Assembly (NCBI GenBank): GCA_012026655.1
Contig: JAAILG010001060.1
Location: forward strand, 1 to 64,000
DNA from: Hydrolagus affinis
Taxonomy: Eukaryota
Length of the DNA stretch: 64,000 nt
Direction: 5' to 3'
Position numbers and translations under genes: made by a program. Positions 52,302 through 62,927 of this stretch are shown one piece after another. Below the pieces are notes generated by a model that saw only the letters and a program-made list of their open reading frames with translations, searched no databases and was not told where the DNA came from. Each line of letters starts with the position of its first letter. Position 1 is the stretch's first letter.

Positions 52302-52412
52302 GTACCAAAAGGCCACGTTTGGCTGGAGGGTGACAACCTCCAAAATTCTACCGATTCCAGAAGTTACGGACCAGTTCCTTATGCACTGATACGGGGCCGT
52401 GCATGTTTCAAG
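52302..52412 (+). CDS. IMMP1L: IMMP1L coding exon 4 (111 nt; [37 protein letters not shown])
   Basis: Acceptor GGTTTAG, donor AAG|GTAAAC. [21 protein letters not shown] is the S26 signature. Confidence 0.97.
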
Positions 52413-52551
52413 GTAAACCATTCCAGCTCCGGACATACAGGATAGCGTTTGATTGTCCGAGCATGTACATTCCCTCGTCCAAAAAATGCATTCAGAGAAA
52501 TTTACACGAGATTTCCTATACGCCTTCACAATGAATAATTTTATCTTACAG

Positions 52552-52626
52552 ATTTGGCCTCTACATGAGTTTGGTGTTCTGCGAGAAAGCCCCAATGACC
52601 GAATTCTTTCCCAAAGAACAAAGTAG
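52552..52626 (+). CDS. IMMP1L: IMMP1L last coding exon (IWPLHEFGVLRESPNDRILSQRTK*); total protein 168 aa
   Basis: Acceptor TCTTACAG after a 139-nt intron; IWPL motif; TAG at 52624-52626. Confidence 0.95.
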   Translation: MWPLHEFGVLRESPNDRILSQRTK

Positions 52627-52791
52627 ACAAAGAATATTCAGATTTTTTTTTAGTGAAAGAGACTTTTTCCTCCGTTTGTCATATCACAAGCCCAGCAGTT
52701 CTTTTCCTACCATAGTGTTGACAAGCACTTTGCAAGTGGATAAAGTGTGAGTGGTTTCTGTGAAACAATGCACTGTACTTGAACTGTTTAT

Positions 52792-52797
52792 AATAAA
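52792..52797 (+). terminator. Probable IMMP1L polyadenylation signal AATAAA
   Basis: First AATAAA after the stop codon (about 165 nt downstream). Confidence 0.6.
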
Positions 52798-55113
52798 GAT
52801 AAATTATACTACAAGAGGAACAAATTATAGTTTGAAGACCGTTTCCTTTCAAGTGATCATTTTTTCATGCAGCCACGCGCGCATACACATACACACTCAC
52901 TCCCCTGTAATAACAGGTAATTGTGGTACAATTTTATGTGGCATCATTTTAAAGACGAATAGCCAAACAAACAGTATCCCAAATCCATTTGAAATGTTAA
53001 AGGGGTGTTCTTCACAGCCGGGAAAAGTTGCTACAAGACATATTGACGGGAGTTAGTAACGCCTGGTGTACTGCAAGTTTCTATTGTACTCCACTTCTGC
53101 CACTATGTTAGCTGTAATTGAATGTTCTGTTTCTTTCTCCATATTGATGTGCAAAAGGAAGTCTCCGCAATTTCAAAATTCTCCTTTGTCTTCAAACATT
53201 TGACTTGCTACCTTACATCTGTTGATGAGTGATTTCCTCCCTGTGACACAACCCCATGCTTTGAACTCGGTACTCAAAATAGGAGAACACTTACTTGTCC
53301 ATTTTATAATTTGTTGCAACAGGCCACACCATTCACACTATATATATTTCCTGTCACTTTGTCCCACATCGAGTGAGTATATACCTTATACTCAGGTGAT
53401 ATTTTGATCACAACTCGTGTGCTAAATGTCAAAATATTTAATTTCAGTTTATTCGGCAGATAGAGTACAGCAGTGATGCTCAGGATCATCCATCAGAAAT
53501 AATTAGCATATGCACCAGCTTCCAGGTTTAGGAAATCCACATTTCACCTGTTCTATTTTATTTCTGAGTCTAATATGTTCAACAGTAACAAACTGTACTT
53601 GTTTCAATTCAAAAACATACAAGGAAACATAAAGGTGTTTTTTTTCCTTCAAATGAAATATTTATTGCCTGCAAATAATTGCGTTTCTCACACTGCAGCA
53701 AAAATTCATTGTCCAGAAGAAATGCGATCTATTATTCATCACATTATTATTCTATCTCCAATGTGGTAGGTTTTACATGCTTAATTTAATCAGCAAAACT
53801 TTATGTATTATTTAAACAGATGTGGCAATCAGCTAAGTTAATTCAAGAATCCATATACAGGGATCACAATGCATAATTTTCTTTTATCTGTATAATTAAT
53901 GGCATCGTGATATTGGAGTACTTGTGTTAATGAAGAAAGGTGCTGAGTTGATGAAAGTGGGAGAGTGGATGCTTCCAAGTTACTTTAAGACTTTAGTTTG
54001 AATGTACAGTACAATACTATGGTGTGTTGCCTTAAAGCAGGACTTTTAGTTGGGTTCACCTAACAGAACCTGGCTAATTTTCCACCTTCCCGGTCTGATA
54101 GTGGGAACCCTACTGTTCCCACAGAAGACGTCAGCCAACTGAGCACAGCTGGAGTTTCAAACCTGCAACTAACTCACTAGTCTGAATGGCTTAGTACAAC
54201 AAACAGGCAGTGCCGTTCCCCATTAGACATCACACAGTCTATACTATAAGGCAACACAGCACATTTCTGCATCAGTAGGCACAGTTGATACATTTTTGGG
54301 GGCATTTTACCACTAATAAATAAAACATTACAAAACACTTTAATATCAATTGCCACCCATGTATTTGTAAACTGCCAATCCCAAACACAAAGCTCACAAC
54401 TGTCAAAGAACAGATTCTCCATATTAGAGCTGCAATGCTTCAACATCCATCAGTGCCACACTTGACCTTTTGTAATAATAATAATCCTTGCATTTCATAT
54501 TGCACCTTAACATGTCGTTGAGACGTCTCAAAGCGCTCCACTAAAGTGGATTGACTGTATTTTGTGGGTGAAACGCGGCAGCCAATTGCGCACAGCAGCG
54601 TCCCCATACAGTCGTGAATTGAAAATGACCAATTTTATTTATGGATGGTCCGGGTGATGGGATTATTTATCAACAGAAAAAGATCCAGCAATCGATTTAA
54701 CAACCAAATTCCCATTTACTGTTGGGTAAACAGGCAAGTGGAATAAGGAAACTTGACTAAAGTTCTGCCCCGGCCCGGGAATCAAATCCGGGTCCTCTTG
54801 TATCAGTTAAAGATACAATCCCCATCTGAAATATTCACATTTGCCTGGTAATATCTGGCAACAAAGGGTTTACAGCACTAAAGGGAAATGTTGTCATTAA
54901 TACGTCATCTCCTGCTGTGTTACACTTGCTGCAGTCTTTTCGGTTGAAGTTTTACTTTTGCTAGGACCTTTGTGTATGGAGGTTTCAATAGATTTCAACT
55001 GTACGACTAAAAATGATCAGACCCCCCTCCATGTACAAGTGATGATTTGGACCATGTGCTAATGAACAGTAAAGTGGCTGTATTCGATTTAATCAGAATG
55101 AAACACAGAGCCA

Positions 55114-55430
55114 GGGGGGACTGGATGCTGCAGTGGGTTAGAATATTGGCCCTTCACCTCTGGGGCCTGTGTTTGAATCCAGTGGGTTTTCATAGGAAGA
55201 ACATGTATCTCAACTCTGTTGGCTTCAAGCGTTCGATGTGAACTAAGTTTCGGCGATTTCTATCGATTTCCTAGGAGGCATGGGCTTACAGCACTAAATT
55301 GTCCTCAATTTGATGTTAATTGGTAAGTTCACTCAGAAAGGGCACAGGATGGATGGCTGATAGCAATGTGGCTATATCAGGGGTGCTCTTGTGAGGATGG
55401 ACATTTTGGGAGGCAGAGAGCCTTGCGTTG
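55114..55430 (+). mobile_element. LF-SINE-like element
   Basis: Collinear blocks GGGGACTGGATG, CCTTCACCTCT, TTTGAATCCAG, ATGTGAACTAAGTT, TTCCTAG, TAATTGG and CTCAGAAAGGGCACAGGATG resemble the recalled LF-SINE consensus. Confidence 0.7.
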
Positions 55431-56057
55431 TCTCGAAACAAACCGCGGAGGAATGAGGAGCAGTGTTCTCAAGTTAGATTGTGAAAGTTGTTGCGTTTCT
55501 TCCCTAAGAAATAAAATTGGTATTTTATAATGGCCGTCACTGGAACCCCCAAAATCACCCAAATCTATGAAGACGAGGTGGTTGGGGGTGGGGGCACCCC
55601 TGTGTTTTTTAGGAGTGATTTTTAATCTGTCAAGTTTGATTCAAGCAGCCAGCTAGACGTATTGCAAACTAATTTACTGGATGGGAGATGTAGCTCATCT
55701 GACTGACTATTGATGACTTTTAACTATTAATACGAATCATGGGTTGCCAGTGAAACAAGCTGATGCCAACAAGAAGTGGATTTTGTGTGTGTGTGTGAGG
55801 GGTGGGGGGGGGGAACATTTCTTTGAATAGAATTCAAATCCATTCTGGTTGCAATGACACATATTGACTCAAATATGGGTTCCACTGCAAGATGTAAAGA
55901 ACGTTGTGTTTGTATAACCCAACTCCTAAAGTGGAGGCTGGGCCGAGGTGATTTTTTTACCTGAGCTGACAAACAAACGCCAGATGTGCTTAGAGCTGAG
56001 CTAAGCTGCTTTGACCAGTAACTCCCGAGCTAAAACAACTGAGAGGATGATTTGTTT

Positions 56058-56191
56058 TCAGCTCTGTTTCAGGATCTCTATGCTGAGCGAACAAGTGTTG
56101 CAGCAGATAACCGATACGTTTCCTTCAGCTTCTTCTTTGGCAAGAATAAATTCGCCACCACATCGGCAATCATACGTGTAGCACTCATCAG
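56058..56191 (-). CDS. DNAJC24: DnaJ homolog subfamily C member 24 (DPH4), last coding exon (A-DECYTYDCRCGGEFILAKEEAEGNVSVICCNTCSLSIEILKQS*), CSL zinc finger
   Basis: Acceptor TTTCTCGTTATAG; CRCGG...CxxCSL finger; TGA at 56060-56058; tail-to-tail with IMMP1L as in human. Confidence 0.95.
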
Positions 56192-56347
56192 CTATAACGA
56201 GAAAGATGTTTTACACATTATTCATATTTGATTTTGCATGCGGTGGATACCAAAAGCAGCTTTATTAACTACATTTTATAAATGTATAATTATTGATGCA
56301 CTCATTCTACCTCCACAAAGTACAATATTAGACTCACTCATCCTTAC

Positions 56348-56416
56348 CATCAATCCAACTCATTTCCTCAAGAGAAACTTCAGCATCCACAGGCCATTTC
56401 TGTGCCAAAGTGACTT
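56348..56416 (-). CDS. DNAJC24: DNAJC24 penultimate coding exon (69 nt; xVTLAQKWPVDAEVSLEEMSWID-A); the J-domain exons lie right of the window
   Basis: Acceptor GTGTTTCAG, donor ATG|GTAAGG, phase 1/1. PVDAxVxLEEMSW matches DNAJC24. No HPD-containing exon was found in 56417-64000. Confidence 0.94.
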
Positions 56417-56828
56417 CTGAAACACACACACAAACAAAAACACATGGGAAGTTGATCGATCACAGCCTTGCACCAAAAACCTACCTTCATTTAAATATTT
56501 TTTTAACTATTTTCAGTAAACTAATTCCATTGTCAATATTCATCTTAATTAAAAACAAATTTCTTTAAATGTTCCCAATCCTTTCCCCCAACCCCACAAA
56601 AAGTCTACGTTTTTAACAAAAAGGCTACATCGCCCACAAAATATACAGTCAATTCACTTTACTATATATCCGATGAAGTGCTTTCAGATGTCTCAAAGAC
56701 ATGATAAGGCGCGATATCAAATGCAAGTATGATATGGCTCCAGCAAGCTCAGGATCAAACGTGAATGCCCACTCTACTGAATTGCAAATGGTTCTATGAT
56801 CAACACTTAAAGCAACGTCAGTGATGAT

Positions 56829-56958
56829 GAGAAACGCAAAATACGGGGGATACTGGAAATCTGAAATAGCTGGGAACACTTGGCAAGTCAGGCAGCATCT
56901 ATGGAGAAAGGAAAAGCGAGTCAACATTCCGGGTCCACGACCCTTTGTCAGAACTGGG
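56829..56958 (-). mobile_element. Penelope-like element terminal fragment (chondrichthyan type)
   Basis: The plus strand reads CAAAATAC...CTGGAAATCTGAAATA...GTCAGGCAGCATCTATGGAGAAAG...GTCAGAACTGG, recognised from an abundant shark repeat. The minus strand carries a hammerhead-like core. Confidence 0.65.
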
Positions 56959-57934
56959 CATATCAGGGAGGGAGAGGTTTTTACGGATTAATAGAGAGGG
57001 AGAGGCAGGGCAAGGAAGACGAAGGGCAAAAATAGGGTAGAGGACAGGAGATGATGGGTTAAAGAGGTGTTAATGTTGTGAAACAAATGGGGAGAATTGC
57101 ATCCCCCCTTTGTCATCAGTGATGATGATATCAGTGACTGGCAAAACAGAAAAAAAATATTTTGCACAAATTTTATTCTATGCTATAAATTCACCATGAG
57201 ATTAAATTGGTAAATAATAATTAGCATTTTCAAAAAGCGCCTTTCAGGTGATAAAACATCTAGAACTGGAGTGGATTTTACATTGGCAAATGCAGCAGCT
57301 AATCTGTATTCTCCCATGGCAAGACAAAGTATATATACCAAAAAAAAAGGGAAGTTGGTGGTTTTCACAGCAACTGACAATCTACACCATCTTGGTTTAA
57401 ATCTAGCCCTGGCCCAGCAGATTAATAGTTTAATCTCTCTGATGGATGTTAACGGCCTTAAGTGCAATTAGTCAAGACTCTCGGAAATGAGTACCAGTCA
57501 ACACAAGCCCACAGTGCAAACTTCAAATGGTTCACTAATCAGTGACGTTCAGAGTGGCCAGAGGGACACACAAAAATATGTGAAACGTAATGCGCGGTTT
57601 ACATAGCCAGCAGGCGATGCTTTAAAATGGGTTTCTTTTTTACAGTAGAGAACTCATTATAATCCACAGCCCATTTCACTCAACCTACAACAATTTGTTT
57701 GGGAGTTGCTTGGCTGTGTCTTGGGTAAAAGTTTCATTTCAGACCACTGTCATCCATCCCTCAGCACGCACAGTACTGTACTGTTAATCTACATACAGAG
57801 TATGTTTAGAAACACTTAATGGCCACAAACCTTTACATGACCTGCTATTATTTTTAAAAAAATTATAAATTCACTCCCCAATTTATTTTTCTAGTATGAA
57901 ATGTAATATGTACATTATTATAATCTCTCAAAAA

Positions 57935-58120
57935 AAAACCTAGAATAAATTGGTCATTTAAATCCACGACTGTTTGTGGGGACACTGCTGTGCGCAATTG
58001 GCTGCCGCGTTTCGCCCACAAATATACAGTATATTCCATGAAGCGCTTTGAGATGTCTAGAAGACGTGAAAAGACTTATATCAAATACAGTACAAGAATT
58101 ATTATTATTTATTTATTATT
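57935..58120 (+). mobile_element. Partial dominant SINE; other plus-strand copies at ~6990-7125, ~40050-40160, ~52088-52205, ~56628-56730, ~58935-59050, ~59647-59908, ~59935-60085, ~60945-61070 and ~63820-63960
   Basis: Shared CCCACAAATATACAGTCAATTCACTTTACAGT core and/or GAAGCGCTTTGAGAC...AAATGCAAG tail. Confidence 0.8.
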
Positions 58121-61100
58121 TGAGAGTTACGGCAAACATTCAGGGCAGAACGTTAATATTTTTTAGAAAAAGCTAGGACTGTTTAAAATCATTTTCTTTA
58201 AAAAAAAGAAATGCAGGTTTCATCTGCAGTTAATGTTATCCAACGCACAACTATTTACACATCACTAGGAAGCCAGTACTGCTCATTCAGCCAGCTCATG
58301 TACACTGTTAGCGCCCACATTAAATCCTATCTGTTTGCTTGTACGATAGTGTATACAAGCATATTTTAAGACAAATTTAGATTTCCAGTTTAACACCTAT
58401 TAGCTGTCAGTCGACAGGGTCCGTTTATTTTCTCCCTCACCCAATGCATCGCTGGAAAAGTCAAAATAATTAGTTCCATAAGACATGCCCTGCCATACTC
58501 CTGGCAACTCACGCAGGCTTGATTGCACCACCAGACCACATTCAACACTTTAAAACAGATGTTATACTTCTGTGACATGATGAGAGTCGGCAAAGCCAAG
58601 AGTAAAAAAAACGCTCAGAAGCATTTTCCTCCTGCTAGATTTTTACGGACTTGTTCCCCTTGTTGCGGCTTGCACATTCGTAATAAATTCCGAGCAACGA
58701 GCGATTTCGGATAAAAGATGAGGGCTGGAAACATTGCAGTTTTTTTTCTTTAATTAACGTGTCTTCAACACCTGGCTAAATCACCATGTTTTCACAACTC
58801 CAGTTTGAACCCAACTAACCTCTCTGTCTCATAAAGATTCCACTGACTGGTTAGCAACCCGAGCCACGGAAATTAGCATCAGTACGTTTGCTTAAACCAA
58901 AGGTTTCGAGTAGCAGGTTGAGAGGTTTCAAAACACAAGTTCATTCACTTTACAGTGTATTCTGTGAAGCGCTTTGAGACGTCTATAAGACGTGATCAGG
59001 CGCTATATCAAATGCAAGGATTAATATTATTATTATTTTTATTATTATCACACGCGATGATATGACTAGAATCCCGCAAAGTTTGAGAGATCAACATTTG
59101 CCCATCAGGGCGTAAAAGTATCCACATGTAGCCTGAAATGCTTCAAATCCCTAAACGTACAGCGTTAATTAAAAAGAGCGCTAAACTCACATTCTTATTC
59201 AGTTGAGTTTGCTATCTCAACTATGCAGTGCGACGAGGAAACACAAGGTATATCGCACCTCTGGTCACTTTGAAGTCCCGGAGCAAAACCAAAGGCCACA
59301 GATGTGAGTGAGTACAAGATGACTGGTCCTCACTAATCTCAAGTGACAAACCAGTGATGGGAGAGCCTCGGGTTCACTGTGCTGTGGTTTCCAACATTAA
59401 ACTGGAAAGTCCCATTTTTTGTTTCCCCTCTCAAGGTTAGGTGCCATCTTTCTCTATTGACCAATTAGGATTTTGAACATTCGCTTGGTACATCTTCTCA
59501 ATAATAGACATAATAATAATCCGTGACCTTCAACAACCCACGCCACGTGTGTAGAGATGTACAAGCGTTTGCGCCAAATTTACTTGAGATCAACTTAAGA
59601 AAAGCGTTTTTCCCTAGTGTTCTGGTCAACGATCCCCCCCCCAAATGTGGGTTCAATTCCAGGCAGGGTCAGGGCGAAACCTTGGGCGAAGTTTCCTTAC
59701 TCCACACACACGCCTGATAATGATCCCGCAAGAAAAAAAACAATAATAGAATTGCTCACATCAATCCTCGACTGTTTGTGGCGAGACTGCTGTGCGCCCA
59801 CATATATACAGTCAATTCACTTGACAGTATATTCTGTGAAGCGCTTTGAGACGTCTAGAAGACGTGAAAAGCTCTGTATCAAAAAGCAAGGATTATTATT
59901 TATTATTAAATAAAGTAAAATAAGTCATCCACTAACACGGCTGTTTGTGGGACATTGCCGTGTCAGATCAGCTGCCACGCTCACTTAGAAAAAACAAAGT
60001 CACTACACTTCACTGTGTATCCTGTGCAGCGCTGCTCACCGTGAAAGGCACTCTTCACCAATGCAAGAATTATAATAATAATAACGAGATATTAAAATGA
60101 AACGGGGTCAATACACAATATACAACTCTCAAAACAAAAAAGTGCAGTTCTCCCAACAAGTGTGTCAACACAACAGCGAGTCTCTGTGATATATTCTTTG
60201 AATAACAAGAAATGACCATTAATAATCCTTGTGTTTTATACAGCAGCCTTTCAAGACATCTCTTAGCGCTTCACAGGGCACTGTGAAATATTAGACTGTT
60301 AAAGTGTAGTGACTGTGTATGTTGTAGGTGTAGCAATTAAAATAGTGTGGCAGGACTCGCTATCTCTAGGAGCAGTAAGAGGGCGAGAATAGAACATTTT
60401 ACACTAGCTGTCTGTCCAACGTAACTAGGGAGGAAAGGCTAATAGATTTATTAGGTGTGTGTTGGGAGGCATTAAGGGAGAAAATGCTCGAGTGGTTTAT
60501 TAACAGGCTCTAAACTGTGCGCGGGAGCATTGGGTTTACTCCGCCCAGCAGAGTCGCGGTAAGTGGAAGCGTTGCCTGCGATAATGTGGATCTCGACCAG
60601 AGATCTCAGCGTTGCACACGATGTGATCTAATCCTCAAACAGTTCTGAAGCCCTTTCGTTCATCACAGGGAATGGTTTGAACATCTACTGTGCATCACCA
60701 CAGCTTGGGCAAACGCATCACAAAGTTACACGTGGGCAGGGAATAATAATAATAATAATAATAATAGTTGTTTGTATGTAATGACTGTATGTTTGTGGGC
60801 GAATCACTGGATCCCACTGGATATAGAGAAAAATGATTCAGAGCAAGAGCAAAGTCTGTCGAGAAAATATCAGATTTTTCCTGAATCGGTCGAGCCCGTC
60901 GGCAGTTATCTCTGCTGCCGAGAGTCTATAAGCCGAACGTCTCAAATTGCGTTTCGCCCACAAATATACAGTCAATTCACTTTACAGTGTATTCCGCAAA
61001 GCGCTTTGAGACACGGTCTAGAAGACGTGAAAATCTCTGTGTCTAAATGCAAGGATTTATTATTATTATTTGTGACCTCACTTGCGCAAGCGAGTAAGTG

Positions 61101-62065
61101 AGTAGTTTGCTGATAAATATGAAAATCAATGTCCTGTGAATGGAAACGACAGTACCATGTGAGTACCATGGCGGGTTACACTTGAGTGTCCGACAATTAT
61201 CTACTCACCGCACATATTTTAAAACATGAGGCGCGTGAAATCTGCCAAAGATGGTACGTTGGATTGAATTGATTTACACTGTCAATGGCTTTAACCTTTA
61301 TTGATTGATGGACGGGTACTTGGGAGAGTTACAAGGCAGTAAGTCGTTCTAATCCAGATCGGGATGTCGGAAACGAACGAAAGCAAAATTTCCGCGCTTC
61401 TTGCAAATGGTAAACTGGCCCCTCAAATAGATTACAGGCTCGGAAAACTCCCCGGGACATATTTTTGTAATTTTTTTTGTTTTGCTCCGTACGTGGGAGT
61501 TTTTCGCCTACTGTTAGGAGTGAGTGATTGTATTGGTTTGACACTGAACACGATGTCCTTAATGACATTGGCAGAATCAGTGGTCTAAAGTCATCGGCAC
61601 GGATTTTGTATTTTAACAGTAGCTTGCCAGAATTTACAGTCTTCAAACAAATATACACACACACGTACACACACACACGCACAAGATAAAACACTATAGT
61701 ACGTTGATAAAATGATTGGGGGGAGTTTAATTCTATATTATTTATTGTTCTTCCTTCGTAACTGAGTGAAATAGAAAGTAATTATCCCTAAATAAACTGT
61801 CTTCTGCGTGAAACAGAACGGGGGTGGTGGGGGGGGAAAGCAGCTTTTGGGAATACAAGCAGAACCATTTGGAAACCTCCACAGTTTGTAAGAATGCGAT
61901 CATCATCTTTGCATGTGACTCAGCGCTTCATCACGTTGTCAAAACATGTCAGAAGGAGCTTCAACGAAAGTGACCGTGTATTTGTGAGGCAATTAAAATG
62001 CATTTTAATTGTGAACTTTTTTTTGGGTTGTGCGGGGGAGGGAGGGGGGGGGAGGGAACGGGACA

Positions 62066-62073
62066 GTGTGTGT

Positions 62074-62106
<33 letters not shown>
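62066..62106 (+). repeat. (TG)n microsatellite; others include (CA)n ~2324-2342, (TTG)n ~14531-14551, (ATT)n ~18303-18322, (GA)n ~19027-19049 and (AAT)n ~60741-60766
   Basis: Directly visible. Confidence 0.95.
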
Positions 62107-62107
<1 letters not shown>

Positions 62108-62169
62108 TTATTTTTCAAACCACTCCTTCCTCACTTTCACATCACACTTACAAACAGGCGCACACAATC

Positions 62170-62520
62170 CGCTAATTAACTCCTTTGACTAGCGTTCATC
62201 TGCTGTTACCTGACAAATTGTAGCCAGATGTTAGTGGATTAAGGAACAAGCACAGATCAAAGTTGCCGAGGGAGATGCGTTTGATCTGTCACAAAGCACC
62301 GAGGCTGTTGATGGAAGCAAATTATTTCTCTGTAGATTAATCCTAAAGCAAAGGGCCACTGGGGGAAGATATCTGACAGTGAGAGCTTCCAGCCAATCAA
62401 CAGGCTTTTCAAGCGACGTCCCAAAGGACCTTTGTAGACTGCAAAATGTAGCCATGACAATCTGGTGCCACGCATTATCTATCCATTAACCCCATCTCTC
62501 CTGTCAGCCACTTCAAAGTT
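62170..62520. promoter_or_regulatory. Candidate developmental enhancer (CNE-like) in a DNAJC24 intron
   Basis: Unique sequence with clustered TCF/LEF, OTX, MEIS, SOX, E-box and TAATTA motifs. Conservation not tested. Confidence 0.45.
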
Positions 62521-62588
62521 GGAATGGGGTGGTACGGTTTCACATCACGCGGAGATAACCATCCGACTGTTGGATACGCCTCAAAAGT

Positions 62589-62927
62589 GGAGCTCCTGTT
62601 AGAAGCTCAGTGGGTTCGAGGCACTCGCCTTACAAGGGTGAGAGACCTGTGTTTCGAATCCAGGCAGGTCAGGGGCAAAACCTTGGGCAAGTTTCCTTAC
62701 TCCACACACACACACACACGCGCCTGATAATAATCCCTCCAAAAATTGTTTATTTCAATCTACGACTGTGTGTGTGTGGGGGACGCTGCTGTGCGCAATT
62801 GGCTGCCGCATTTCGCCCACAAATATATATACAGTCAATTCACTTTACAGTGTATTCTGTGAAGCGCTTTGAGACGTCTAGAAGACGTGAAAAGCCGTGA
62901 TATCAAATGCCAGGATTATTATTATTA
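62589..62927 (+). mobile_element. Full-length copy of the dominant SINE
   Basis: GGAGCTCCTG...GCTCAGTGG head, TTCGAATCC B box, core, ATTATTATT tail. Confidence 0.9.
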
